DNA of 61,570 bases from a virus (Duplodnaviria; Caudoviricetes). The notes under the pieces were generated by a model, which was given only the letters and a program-made list of their open reading frames with translations, had not been told where the DNA came from and ran no database searches. A program made the translations under genes and the position numbers. Each line of letters begins with the position of its first letter. Position 1 is the first letter of the stretch. Shown piece by piece: positions 34,938-44,704 of this stretch. The stretch is from positions 1-61,570 of IMG/VR virus record IMGVR_UViG_2162886015_000002; one strand, given 5' to 3'.

Positions 34938-36052
34938 GAGAGCGTCACCGTTTGTGCATCCGTCACCGTCTTGCCGTGGACCGAGACTTCGAAGCGAGGC
35001 GGATCGACCTGAAACCGGCGCCGGATGCGCGCCGCTTCATAGGTCGTGTCGAATGGCGTGCCAGTACCCTGCACGACGACCGGCGTCCACGGATAGATGA
35101 TCGTGTCGCCCGGCAACTTGGCCGACATCTTCAGCTCGTGTTTGCTGATCTGGTCTAGCAGTTGCTGCGCCTTTGCATCGCACTGCGCCTGCGTCAGTCC
35201 AGTGAACGTGAAATCGTATTGCTGCAGTGTCTGCGCAAGGTTTGCATCGCGTTCCACACGCTTTGCGGTCTTGCTGGCGGTCGCGATCGACGTGTACACG
35301 GCGTTCTTCGCGCCGTGATAGCTGCGCACCCGCACAGAGACATCCTGCGCAAGCGTGAGGTCGTGTTCGAAATCGAGGCTTGTTGCGTTGGACGTCGGAT
35401 AGGGACGCTCCGTTGTCGGCGGGTCGTACTGGACCAGGTACGGTTGGTTAGATACCGCACTGCCGAACGTCCCGAAATACAGCGTGCGGCCCAGAACGAA
35501 GCATTGCAGCCCCTCGTGCTGCGCGAGATAGGTCAGCACCGACCACATCGGCTGCTGCCGGTGCAGGCTGACGTGGTCGAGCGTGAAGAAGTGCCCGACC
35601 AGATCAGTTGTTGCCTGCACGTTGGGCGTGAGCCCGACTTTCTGCGCAATGAACGTCGCAATCTGGCTCGCCGTCTGGTTCTGGAACTTGATGTCGATCT
35701 TCTGATCGGTCATCAACGACGTCAGGTCGCGGCCCGATAACGAAATTCCCAGCGTGGCCGCGTTGAGCCGGATCGAATCGATGCGAAAGGTCTGCAGCAG
35801 TGTCAGGTCCGAGGCCGAGTAGTTCTGCGGGTCTTTTGGGAAACCCACGTAGACGTCGACCAGAATCTCGGTCTGCTGCGTCCACCATGCCCAGTCCGCG
35901 AACACGGCAGGTACCTCGATGCGGATGGTCCCCGCCTCGTTGATCCCGTTGTGTTCGCATTCCCAACTGCTCCAGTCGATCACCTTCGAACCCACCTTCA
36001 GGATCGCACGCGGGGCAACGAGCGATCCTGTAGTCGGGAGGGTATTGATCAT
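34934..36052 (-). CDS. baseplate hub protein
   Basis: LSGRDLTS..D; size and position. Confidence 0.7.
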   Translation of the reverse strand: MINTLPTTGSLVAPRAILKVGSKVIDWSSWECEHNGINEAGTIRIEVPAVFADWAWWTQQTEILVDVYVGFPKDPQNYSASDLTLLQTFRIDSIRLNAATLGISLSGRDLTSLMTDQKIDIKFQNQTASQIATFIAQKVGLTPNVQATTDLVGHFFTLDHVSLHRQQPMWSVLTYLAQHEGLQCFVLGRTLYFGTFGSAVSNQPYLVQYDPPTTERPYPTSNATSLDFEHDLTLAQDVSVRVRSYHGAKNAVYTSIATASKTAKRVERDANLAQTLQQYDFTFTGLTQAQCDAKAQQLLDQISKHELKMSAKLPGDTIIYPWTPVVVQGTGTPFDTTYEAARIRRRFQVDPPRFEVSVHGKTVTDAQTVTLS

Positions 36053-37059
36053 GCCGGGATGGTCAGGGTGTTAATGCCGGTGAGCACCGGATCGGTGATG
36101 CCGTTGGCTGCAGCAATGTCGGTCCAACGGGTCGCATCGCCGTACTGCTGCGATGCAATCGTGTACAGGTCGCCGCCACCGACGGTGATCGTCTTTGCGC
36201 TGGTCGGCGTCGAGACGAGCGGCATATTCACCTGCATGCGCGCGCAGATGCTGCGCAGTTCATACAACTCCGGTAACTGGACGGCAGAATTGACGGACGC
36301 CAGAGTCTGGTAGATTGCAGTCGGCGCCGGGATGCCGGGCAATACACCCGAACCCGAAGCCAGAATGCCTTCTGCGTTACTGATGAGGTACTGCACGTGC
36401 GACGCCACCGCGGCAAGCGGTGCCGTTGCGGATGCCACGGCGCTCGCCACGGTATTGACGACCTGATCGGCACAATTCGCCACGCCCGCGATGAAGGATG
36501 TGACTGCCTTCAGGCCGTTCGCGATCGGCTGCGCTGCCGCACTGATCGAACTCATCGCGCTCTGCAGCGTGCCCACCAAGCCATTCAGCGTCGAATCACC
36601 GACGCAGTTCGAGAGCGTGCCCATGCGCGCCATGTCGGTTGCGAGAGACTGCGCCGGCGTGACGGCCGGCACTGAATCGACGGTCGCCGTCTGGTCCTCG
36701 ATTACCTCGAAGCTGATCGAGTAGGGGATCTTGAACGGCTTCTCGTAGTCGGCATGGAACTGATGCACGACCACCTGATACCGCAGCGCATCCCACGACA
36801 GGGTGCATTGCAGACCTTCGCGGCGTACCGAGTCGAGGAAGCGCGCTCGCGAGAGTGCCGACGTGTACAGAAACCAGCCAGACCACGAAAGGGGATCATC
36901 GTCGGCGCCGATCGCGTTGATCCTGCGCCGGCCGCCGACCATCTTCTGCACGTCGAGCAACTGCGAACCGCCGAACCGAATCTTCTCGGGCACTTCTGCG
37001 TCCTGAAACACGAAGGAACCGTTCGGCGTGTCCAGAGTGAGGGTTGCGAACGTGTTCAT
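36049..37059 (-). CDS. tail tube initiator-like protein with LysM
   Basis: C-terminal GGDLYTIASQQYGDATRWTDIAAANGITDP. Confidence 0.75.
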   Translation of the reverse strand: MNTFATLTLDTPNGSFVFQDAEVPEKIRFGGSQLLDVQKMVGGRRRINAIGADDDPLSWSGWFLYTSALSRARFLDSVRREGLQCTLSWDALRYQVVVHQFHADYEKPFKIPYSISFEVIEDQTATVDSVPAVTPAQSLATDMARMGTLSNCVGDSTLNGLVGTLQSAMSSISAAAQPIANGLKAVTSFIAGVANCADQVVNTVASAVASATAPLAAVASHVQYLISNAEGILASGSGVLPGIPAPTAIYQTLASVNSAVQLPELYELRSICARMQVNMPLVSTPTSAKTITVGGGDLYTIASQQYGDATRWTDIAAANGITDPVLTGINTLTIPA

Positions 37060-39083
37060 CAGTACATCCCCATACCCGGACTGTACGGCGCAGACTCAGG
37101 ATTGAAACCGGTTGGCCCGGTCCCCTTCGGCGGAATCAGCTTCGTCGAGATCTCGTGGCTATCCACGTAGAAGTGGTTATGAATCGCCTGCCCGAGTGAG
37201 CCCCACGGTGCTACTGGCTTCGTGACGTTGCCGCCAGCCGGTCCACCGCCTGCAACACCCTGAAAGAAGTCCAGTTGCTGGCCCGGGTTCATCTTCGACG
37301 CCGCGGAATCCATTGCGCGCTGGATCATGTAGCCGATCCCACCCACGATCAGGGCACCTACCGCGATCGTGCCGCCTGCAGCAGCCAGCGCCGCGACGCC
37401 AATCTGTTCGCCGGTGATGGCAGTAGCTGCCTGCGCGAGCAGGGTGCCTGCACCTGAGACCAGATACTTCGACAGTCCGATGACGCCTTTTTCGACGAAT
37501 CCGGCTGCGCCCTTGGCACCTTTCCATGCACCCATGCCCGCGACTGCGGCACCGAACAGCAGACCGAAGTCGAGACCGGCACCGAGCACCGGGTGATTCT
37601 TCGTGAAGTCGGCCGTACTAGAGAAGAACGACCCAGCGCCGCTTAAGGCCGAGTTGACCGGCCCCATCAGCGTAGCCGTGCCGTTCATCAGCGTGATATT
37701 GGCGTTGGCGATGGTCTGGTCAGCGAGTCCCACCGTGCTGACCTGCTGCATCATGCGGCCCACATCCATCGGCGCTTGCGAGAAGTTCTTCAGGTCCGCT
37801 AGCGCATGCAGGTTGCCGATCGTCGAATCCTCGCTGAAGAACGAAGCGCCGCGCTGACCCTGCGTACCGAAAGCCATCTTCAGCAACGCATTGAACTTCA
37901 GCGGCTCCATCTTCTCGCGATCGGCTGCGAGGATGGCGACCTCTTTCATGAGGTCCATGCTGCCGTTCGCATAGAACTGCGACTGGTTGCCCTTATACAA
38001 ACCCAGATCCTGCAGTGCCTCGTTCTGCTTCTTGTTCGAAAACAGCCCGCTGCCCAGCGTATTCGGCAGGGCATTGGAGGCCATTGCATTAAGCCACGTG
38101 CCGCTCTTCGTGTTCATGATGCCGCCCTGCATCATTGTGGCGACGAGCAGCATCACATCGCTCGAATTCGCGCCAGCGGCGTGCAGTGATGGCAGGGCAT
38201 AACTGGCGGCGCGCGCGATCTGGCCCAGCGACGCGTGCGAAGTGAGTGACGCCTGCAGCATCGACTCATACAGCGGCTCGGCCTGCTTCGGGTCATACGC
38301 ACCAGCCATGTGCGACAGGCCGATAAACGCCGTCGTCGCCTCAGGCATCGAGACGCCTTTCAGCTTCGACTCCAGTGCGATGTACGGCATCGCGAAGTCG
38401 AGCATCTCCTTCTGCTTGGCGGCAGATAGCGTGCGCATGAGTCGCGCGCCTTCGAGCATCGAGTCGCCGAACGGCTCGATCTTGCCGCCAGTCGCCCATG
38501 CGTATTTGCCCGCATAGGCCATTTCGCGGCTGCGCAGGTCTTCGATGTTGCCCTGCCACTGATCGAACGGAACCTGTGCAGTTGCCACCGACTTCACGTT
38601 CGCATCGGCGAGACGGGCGTTTTCGTACACGCCGTACAGCATCCCGGCGGTTGCAACACCGGCGCCGGTCGCGACGCGGCCGCCGCTTGGCTCTGAAGAT
38701 GAACCGCTACCCGAACCGCCACCACCGGGGCGATAACCACCGCCGCCTCCGGGCGTGCGCATGCCATTGGCCTCGGCACGGGCCGCAGCCATGTTGCGCG
38801 CGAGGTCGCCGCTGCTGGCAGCCATCGTGTCGAGCACGTAGCTGGCGCGCGTGAGACTGCCAGCGCTCTCGCCGAGAGCAGTTGCCGCAGCTGCGGCCTT
38901 TTCGAAGTTGCGGGCCATGCCAGCGCCGGCCGTGGACGCCTTGCGTGCGTTTTCGGCAAACGCGAGCATCGATGCGTTGGCCTTGTCAGCCCACTCAACA
39001 ATAAGCATCAGCTGGCTGCTGACGTTGTCTTTGAGTGTCGCGGTGACGCCGATCTCGTATGCGTTCAGCATGGGGCTCGCCAT
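37059..39083 (-). CDS. tape measure protein
   Basis: 674 aa, Ala/Gly-rich, helical, with TM-like segments; position. Confidence 0.75.
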   Translation of the reverse strand: MASPMLNAYEIGVTATLKDNVSSQLMLIVEWADKANASMLAFAENARKASTAGAGMARNFEKAAAAATALGESAGSLTRASYVLDTMAASSGDLARNMAAARAEANGMRTPGGGGGYRPGGGGSGSGSSSEPSGGRVATGAGVATAGMLYGVYENARLADANVKSVATAQVPFDQWQGNIEDLRSREMAYAGKYAWATGGKIEPFGDSMLEGARLMRTLSAAKQKEMLDFAMPYIALESKLKGVSMPEATTAFIGLSHMAGAYDPKQAEPLYESMLQASLTSHASLGQIARAASYALPSLHAAGANSSDVMLLVATMMQGGIMNTKSGTWLNAMASNALPNTLGSGLFSNKKQNEALQDLGLYKGNQSQFYANGSMDLMKEVAILAADREKMEPLKFNALLKMAFGTQGQRGASFFSEDSTIGNLHALADLKNFSQAPMDVGRMMQQVSTVGLADQTIANANITLMNGTATLMGPVNSALSGAGSFFSSTADFTKNHPVLGAGLDFGLLFGAAVAGMGAWKGAKGAAGFVEKGVIGLSKYLVSGAGTLLAQAATAITGEQIGVAALAAAGGTIAVGALIVGGIGYMIQRAMDSAASKMNPGQQLDFFQGVAGGGPAGGNVTKPVAPWGSLGQAIHNHFYVDSHEISTKLIPPKGTGPTGFNPESAPYSPGMGMY

Positions 39084-39556
39084 CCGTTATTGGCGAACTC
39101 GCCATGAAAATGTGTCGCCGCAGTACATCGCGCTGCGAATGCCTCTTCTGGGGTATCGAACAGCCCGAGGTACTTCACTTTCCGATTGACGCCGATCTGC
39201 GCACGCCATTTGCCGTGCCCTTTGTCAAACGTCACGCCCTTGAAGCCGCTTGTGTTCCGTTTGGATCGGACAGCATTTCGGCTGTTTTGCGTGTTGTTGC
39301 AGGGCCGCAGGTTCAAGCGCGTATTGTTCAGGCCGTTACCGTCTTCGTGGTCAGCCTGCTCGCTTCTATGCGTCAGGCCGAGAATGAACCTGTGCATGTA
39401 TACGTAGATAGAGCGGCCGTTCTCATCGGTAATGCGCGTGGCCGCGTAGAACGTGTCATTCGGCTTCACCGCGTGCCACTTATAGCGGCTCACGAGTGCG
39501 TAATCCTGGTCGTCAATGCGCGCGACGAGGCCGCGAGTCAGTGGTATCTCGATCAT
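39065..39556 (-). CDS. HNH-AP2 endonuclease
   Basis: YMHRFI..ADHEDGNGLNNTRLNLR...NTSGFKGV...WRAQI...YLGLF. Confidence 0.9.
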   Translation of the reverse strand: MIEIPLTRGLVARIDDQDYALVSRYKWHAVKPNDTFYAATRITDENGRSIYVYMHRFILGLTHRSEQADHEDGNGLNNTRLNLRPCNNTQNSRNAVRSKRNTSGFKGVTFDKGHGKWRAQIGVNRKVKYLGLFDTPEEAFAARCTAATHFHGEFANNGWRAPC

Positions 39557-40035
39557 TTTTTGCCTGCGAGAGTGTCTTCGACGGCTTGACCGACCAGATT
39601 GAGCACGACTTCAGTGTCGCGATAGAGCGCAGTGCCAAGCACTGGCCGTGGCGGAATGCCTTCGGGCGTGCCGAGTTCCTGATACACCATGATCGCGCTC
39701 TCGCTGCCGACCACGAATTCCTTTGGACCGGTCTCATGCTTGATGCTTTCGCGCAGGCCACCCTTTACCAGCAGTGGCGTGTTCTCGCCGGCATCGGGCG
39801 CCGCTTCACCGTCGACGATCGCCTGGATGTGCTGCTGCTTCGTCGCATCCTTCAGCTCGGCCCACGGTGTGAAATCGCCCATTTCCTCGCGCTGGTACTG
39901 GCCAAATTCAGCTACCGCGCTGGCCTGCACGATCAACGCGCTGGCTTCCATCGATGCGGCATATGCGACTTCGAGTTCAGCCGCCGCGCGCTCCATTGCC
40001 CGTGCGAAAGCGCCGAATGACTTGTAGGTCTTCAT
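39553..40035 (-). CDS. HK97 gp10-like tail completion protein
   Basis: PLLVKGGLRESI...VYQELGT..IPPRPVLG. Confidence 0.75.
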   Translation of the reverse strand: MKTYKSFGAFARAMERAAAELEVAYAASMEASALIVQASAVAEFGQYQREEMGDFTPWAELKDATKQQHIQAIVDGEAAPDAGENTPLLVKGGLRESIKHETGPKEFVVGSESAIMVYQELGTPEGIPPRPVLGTALYRDTEVVLNLVGQAVEDTLAGKK

Positions 40036-40211
40036 TTCGGCTTTTCCCACTCTTCACGGGACCACGACCACTTGCGGCCTTCGAGTTCACCCACAGCAAC
40101 GCAGAAACCGAGCAGTTCAGCGCGTCGGAAACGTGTTGCCACGTCCCACGGGACACCGGCCTTAGTCAGCATCAGAACCTGACGTACGCCAGCGTCCCGG
40201 CTTATTTTTTT
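40032..40211 (-). CDS. -1 frameshift extension of tail assembly chaperone
   Basis: A AAA AAA slippery site at 40205-40211; -1 frame open to TGA 40032. Confidence 0.65.
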   Translation of the reverse strand, partial: KKISRDAGVRQVLMLTKAGVPWDVATRFRRAELLGFCVAVGELEGRKWSWSREEWEKPK

Positions 40212-40558
40212 GCCGCGTCGACATCATCCTTTTCGTCGAACAGTTTCACGCCTTTCGCGAGCGCAACCAGCCCTTTGTGGCCGAGGCGCCCGATCAGCGC
40301 CTTGACCTGCAGCAGCGACGTCGGAAGCATCACCGGCGTCTCGTCGATCGCGCTCAGATAGATGAGCGGCAGGCACATATTGACGAAGCGGGTGTTCTCC
40401 GAAGCTTCATTGCCGATGGCGAGCACGAGCTCGTACTGTGCGAGCGGGCCGGGATAGGTCAGCGTCAGCTTGCGGCCGTCGGCCACGTCGACCACGGCTG
40501 TGTCGCTGTTGATCGCCGGCGCGGCGCCGCTCGTTTCGGTAACTTTCAGTTCGGTCAT
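40202..40558 (-). CDS. tail assembly chaperone
   Basis: follows tube gene; ends GCA AAA AAA TAA. Confidence 0.7.
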   Translation of the reverse strand: MTELKVTETSGAAPAINSDTAVVDVADGRKLTLTYPGPLAQYELVLAIGNEASENTRFVNMCLPLIYLSAIDETPVMLPTSLLQVKALIGRLGHKGLVALAKGVKLFDEKDDVDAAKK

Positions 40559-40562
40559 GGGA

Positions 40563-40997
40563 TCAGTTCAGTTTGATGCGGGTGGAAGCGGCGAACGAGA
40601 CCTTCTGGATCACATTCTTTTCGGCTTCGGCTTCACCGGCGTCGTCGAAATAGAGAATCACGCCCTGAAACTGGAACGTGCTCGGCGGCCCGCTGATTTC
40701 AGTGACGGTTTCCTGAATGAAGCCGGCGGGTTGGTTGATCCCCGCGTAGTAATTCGCCTCGAAGGTCGCGAAGTAGTTGTCGAGCGTTCCATCGGCACGC
40801 GACACCTCGAACGAACCCTCCCAACCGCCTTCCTGGAACGAGAGGATGATCGGCAGCGCATTGAGCGGCTTGACCGTCAGCTTGTTGGTGATCTTGCGCC
40901 GCTTGAAATTAAGCAGCGTCGGCAGGGTGAGCAGGCCGGCCGACGTGTAGATGTCGAAGCGGAAGTCACTGCCTACGTTCAAGCCACTTTGCGGCAT
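40563..40997 (-). CDS. tail tube protein
   Basis: 144 aa immediately after sheath. Confidence 0.75.
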   Translation of the reverse strand: MPQSGLNVGSDFRFDIYTSAGLLTLPTLLNFKRRKITNKLTVKPLNALPIILSFQEGGWEGSFEVSRADGTLDNYFATFEANYYAGINQPAGFIQETVTEISGPPSTFQFQGVILYFDDAGEAEAEKNVIQKVSFAASTRIKLN

Positions 40998-41055
40998 GGC
41001 GATACTCCAAATGAAAAAGCCGCCCGAGGGCGGCTGGGTGTAACGAGGGAATGGA

Positions 41056-43050
41056 TTACTGCGGAGTGACGGTGACGGTCTGGCCGCCCTCGATGTTCAC
41101 GAGGAAGTACCGCACGATCGACAGGTACGTCACCATGACCGTCGCGACCATGTAGCCGAGGGCCACCTGGCTGATCGGGTTGTTCGCGGCGTTGATCTGC
41201 ACGGACCACCCGGGCTGCGTCGGCGCATTGACGTTGCCGATCATGTTGTTCGTCTGCAGGTTCGCGAAGAACGCATCCATCGCGCCCTTGACGTTCCGAC
41301 GCAGATTGATCGTCTGCACCTTGCCCGGCACGTACCCGAACGCGCTCGCGATCGTGAACGCGATGTAGTTCGTCATCCGCGTGTAGTTGTCGCCGTTCGT
41401 CGCGCTGTTGCTGCTCGCGTTGCGACCGGTGCGGCATGCGAAGACGGCGCCAACCGGCGCGGGATTCGTAATGACTTCGAGTCGCGACGTCGCCGCGAGC
41501 GCGATTTCCGCATCGCTGTACGGCTGGTTCTGCTGGCTGCGCTGGGTCGCCAGAATCCCGGAGATCGGATTGTTGAGAATCGACTGTTCGGGGCTCGTCG
41601 AGGCCTGCTGCGCCGAACTGAACGTGGCCGGCGATACCAGGCGGTTCACGCCGTTGACGTTGTCCTGCCAGTACGTCCAGTCGCCTACGAGACATGCGAA
41701 ACCGTAGCCATCGACGCCCGCACTCGCGAGATTCGCGGCGCTCGTCGTGATGCTGGCTCCCACCGGGTTCGCACAGTGGAAGTAGATGCCCTCCTGAAGC
41801 CCGAACGCGAGCTGCGAAGTCCAGGTGCTCGGCGTCTGACAATCGATCAGGTTGCCAACCTGTGCGCCCGCTTTGCGCAGGGCATACATACCGGAACGCG
41901 TCAGGCCATCGGCGCCGACCAGCGTGGTATCGCCCACGCCCGAGGCGCCATCCGTACCACCGGAAAGCGTGTAGGTGTTCGTGAGGTTCGGTGCGTTGAC
42001 GGACGTCCCAATCGTCGCAATGACGTTCTGCGAGGGACCGCGCAAGCCAGTCTGGCCATTGTTCACAGCGTTGACCATGTTCAGCCAGACGCTCGTCTGC
42101 AGCGTGACCGAGCCAGCGGTACCGCCACCGCCGGTGAGCGTCGCCGTCGCGCTGGTGTAGCCCGCGCCGGAGTTCGTAACGGTAAATGTGCCGAGACCCC
42201 AAGTCAGATTGACCAGCGCACCGGTACCGACACCTGACGTCGACGAAGGCGCAACCGGGTTCGTCGGAATCGAGCCGCCAGTCAGTGATCCTGCGTTCGT
42301 GACAGCGAGAGCCGTGATCACGCCAGACGCAGCGGTGACCGTCAGGATCACACCATTGGACAGCGTGATCGTGTCGTTCGTGACGTAGCCGGTGCCACCG
42401 CTGGCGCCGCCGCCGGTGACGTTTGCCGACAGCACCTTGAGGCTGACCGAGCCCGTCGCCTGCACGCCATTGGCAGCTTGCGGCGCGGAGATCGCCAACC
42501 CCGGAACTGATGTGTAGCCAGTGCCCGCCGTGACCGTGCCGCCGCTCACGCCCTGCGAGAGGTTGTCGAACACTTCCGGCGTGAAGCCCGCGCGCTGGAT
42601 CGACAGCTTGTAGGTGTTGGCGGCCGTGCCGGCGACGATCGCTGCCGTAATGCCATTGCCGACGATGCCGGTATAGAGACCGGTGAGCGTCATGCCGGTG
42701 ACCGGCGAGCCCTGCGTGTCTTTCAGCGCTGCACTCGCCGCGGTATCGGTGCCGTCCGTGACGCGCACGAGGATGTAATTCTGGACCCCGTTCAGGTCGC
42801 CGATAGCGACAGCCGTCGCAATGTCGTGCGAGCGGAACGTGACCGGACCGACGAGTTGCTGGGCCTGTGCGCTGTTGCCAACACCCATCATGGCCGAGTT
42901 GACCGGACCCCACGAGCCCACGCCGACCAGGCCGAGACCATCGGTCGGCACGCCGTTGATGTACGCGATGCTCGGCGGCTGGATGATGACGTACAGGTCG
43001 GGTGCCTGCAGCGCGGTGACGTTGAGACTTCCTGCCTGATAGACGGGCAT
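41056..43050 (-). CDS. tail sheath protein
   Basis: APDLYV, VGVGSWGPVN, VRVTDG, LSGGTDG, SIVRYFLVNI. Confidence 0.85.
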   Translation of the reverse strand: MPVYQAGSLNVTALQAPDLYVIIQPPSIAYINGVPTDGLGLVGVGSWGPVNSAMMGVGNSAQAQQLVGPVTFRSHDIATAVAIGDLNGVQNYILVRVTDGTDTAASAALKDTQGSPVTGMTLTGLYTGIVGNGITAAIVAGTAANTYKLSIQRAGFTPEVFDNLSQGVSGGTVTAGTGYTSVPGLAISAPQAANGVQATGSVSLKVLSANVTGGGASGGTGYVTNDTITLSNGVILTVTAASGVITALAVTNAGSLTGGSIPTNPVAPSSTSGVGTGALVNLTWGLGTFTVTNSGAGYTSATATLTGGGGTAGSVTLQTSVWLNMVNAVNNGQTGLRGPSQNVIATIGTSVNAPNLTNTYTLSGGTDGASGVGDTTLVGADGLTRSGMYALRKAGAQVGNLIDCQTPSTWTSQLAFGLQEGIYFHCANPVGASITTSAANLASAGVDGYGFACLVGDWTYWQDNVNGVNRLVSPATFSSAQQASTSPEQSILNNPISGILATQRSQQNQPYSDAEIALAATSRLEVITNPAPVGAVFACRTGRNASSNSATNGDNYTRMTNYIAFTIASAFGYVPGKVQTINLRRNVKGAMDAFFANLQTNNMIGNVNAPTQPGWSVQINAANNPISQVALGYMVATVMVTYLSIVRYFLVNIEGGQTVTVTPQ

Positions 43051-43139
43051 CGTTTGCTCCGGACGTAAAAAAACCCGCCGAAGCGGGTCCAGAAATGAAA
43101 AAAGCCACCCGAAGGTGGCCTATGCGAATGTGAGGCGGT

Positions 43140-43376
43140 CTAGTGAGGCATCAGCAGACGCGGCGGTATGTGGAGATTCGGCCGCGCGCCATCAATGAAT
43201 GAAACCTGGATCTGCCACGCCTCCCGACTCCAGTCAACGCCGAACTGCTCGCGCATGATCTGGATGAACGCTTTCTTGATGCGCACGCAGACCTGAGGCG
43301 TCGCTTCTTGTCCGGCGAAACGATGGGTTGCCAGTTTGAGTGCGTCGCTCGCTGCGCGTGTGCGATCCGGCTTCAT
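43140..43376 (-). CDS. hypothetical protein
   Basis: ORF track; ATGA overlap. Confidence 0.55.
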   Translation of the reverse strand: MKPDRTRAASDALKLATHRFAGQEATPQVCVRIKKAFIQIMREQFGVDWSREAWQIQVSFIDGARPNLHIPPRLLMPH

Positions 43377-43522
43377 CCGATCACCTTGTGCACGCTGGAT
43401 GCGTACTCGCCGGCCAGCAGCGCAGCGATTTCGTCAGGATCTCGAATTGCGTCGCCTTTGCGGTAACTGCCGAAAGCGTGTCGCACGACGAGGTAATAAC
43501 CGAGGGTGTTCTGGTTGGCCAT
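43373..43522 (-). CDS. 49-aa hypothetical protein
   Basis: GAGG RBS; MANQNTLGYYLVVRHAFGSYRKGD... Confidence 0.55.
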   Translation of the reverse strand: MANQNTLGYYLVVRHAFGSYRKGDAIRDPDEIAALLAGEYASSVHKVIG

Positions 43523-43529
43523 GGATGCC

Positions 43530-44351
43530 TCAGATGTTGGTGGTGTTGCTCGAGCCGTTCGTCGGCGTTGTCGTTACACCGAAATTCGTCACGGTATGGT
43601 CGGTTTCGGTCGCCATCGTGGCGTACTCGACTTCATACAGCAGGTTGCGACGGTAGATCTGCACTTTCTGACCGGTGTCCTGATCGATGGTGCCGCGGTA
43701 CAACAGGCGCGCCCACGTGTTGTCGGGCATCACGATGCGCGGCTGCTGCTTGAAGGAGACTTCGAGCGTGCGCATGATCGCGTCGCGCACCGTTTCGGAC
43801 GGTGCCCACGCGGTCACCATGAAAACCTGCGCCTGTCTGCCGATTTCCTGCTGCATCACGACCGGCACCGAGATCGCGGTTTCGATGTCGAATAGACCGT
43901 TGATCGTGATCACATAGGCGGTTGCCGACGCGCCAGGGATCAAGGCGGCCAGCGCAGCAGCGACGGTGCTAACCGTGTCCCCCGCCTTGACCACATAGCT
44001 GTACGGCTGGTAGTTCACACGCAGCGTGGCGGCTTCGCCCGGATTGATCGATCCGCCGACGGTCACGCGGTTCTGGTAGATGCCGAGCGAGAGCTGCGCG
44101 GCTGGAATCGTGTTTTGCGAATCGCCATCACCCAGAAACCGGGTGGTGTTCTTGCCCATGCCGGTCATCTGGTACACGCTGACCATCGCGTCGCCTGCCG
44201 CGATCAGCGCTTTCAACTGCGCCGGTACCGGCCAGCCCGCGCGGACCACCACGGTCACGCCGACGGCACTGGGCTGACCCGTGCCGTTCGGGTACAAGGC
44301 GGCGCCGGCGAGGCTACCCAGCGTGTTCATTACATCAGAAAGGTCGGCCAT
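43530..44351 (-). CDS. tail terminator/neck protein
   Basis: position before sheath; YRRNLLYEVEY. Confidence 0.6.
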   Translation of the reverse strand: MADLSDVMNTLGSLAGAALYPNGTGQPSAVGVTVVVRAGWPVPAQLKALIAAGDAMVSVYQMTGMGKNTTRFLGDGDSQNTIPAAQLSLGIYQNRVTVGGSINPGEAATLRVNYQPYSYVVKAGDTVSTVAAALAALIPGASATAYVITINGLFDIETAISVPVVMQQEIGRQAQVFMVTAWAPSETVRDAIMRTLEVSFKQQPRIVMPDNTWARLLYRGTIDQDTGQKVQIYRRNLLYEVEYATMATETDHTVTNFGVTTTPTNGSSNTTNI

Positions 44352-44704
44352 TACACATCCAGACGTTCAGCGATGAGTGCGTAGCCCAGACTGTTCCAGT
44401 AGGGGCCGGTGACCTGATAGCGTACACCCAGATCATCCGTCACGATGTCGTCGTTCTGGATCAGACCAAGCGCTGCGCTGCCGGCCGGAATGAATATCGA
44501 CCAGAGCGTCTTCGCATCCTGATCGGCGGGCAGATTCGCGTCTGGTCGTCCCTTTTCCTTCTTCAACTGGATTGACGCGGGCAGCCCGCTTGCAATCGGC
44601 GTCTCTTGCGATGGCAGCACACCGCTGTAGGTCGGCGTGTACCCTGGCGCCACATCGACGTTAGGCCGCGTGATCGCGATCGTTCGCGGATATACGAAGC
44701 TCAT
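44351..44704 (-). CDS. head-closure protein
   Basis: IQNDDIVTDDLGVRYQV; position. Confidence 0.6.
   Translation of the reverse strand: MSFVYPRTIAITRPNVDVAPGYTPTYSGVLPSQETPIASGLPASIQLKKEKGRPDANLPADQDAKTLWSIFIPAGSAALGLIQNDDIVTDDLGVRYQVTGPYWNSLGYALIAERLDV

Noticed and set aside
40979-43108. 709-aa ORF overlapping the sheath gene (also 53445..54947, 49610..50713, 8852..9832)
   Set aside because: Arg/Pro-rich shadow ORFs typical of high-GC DNA, overlapping better-supported genes or elements.
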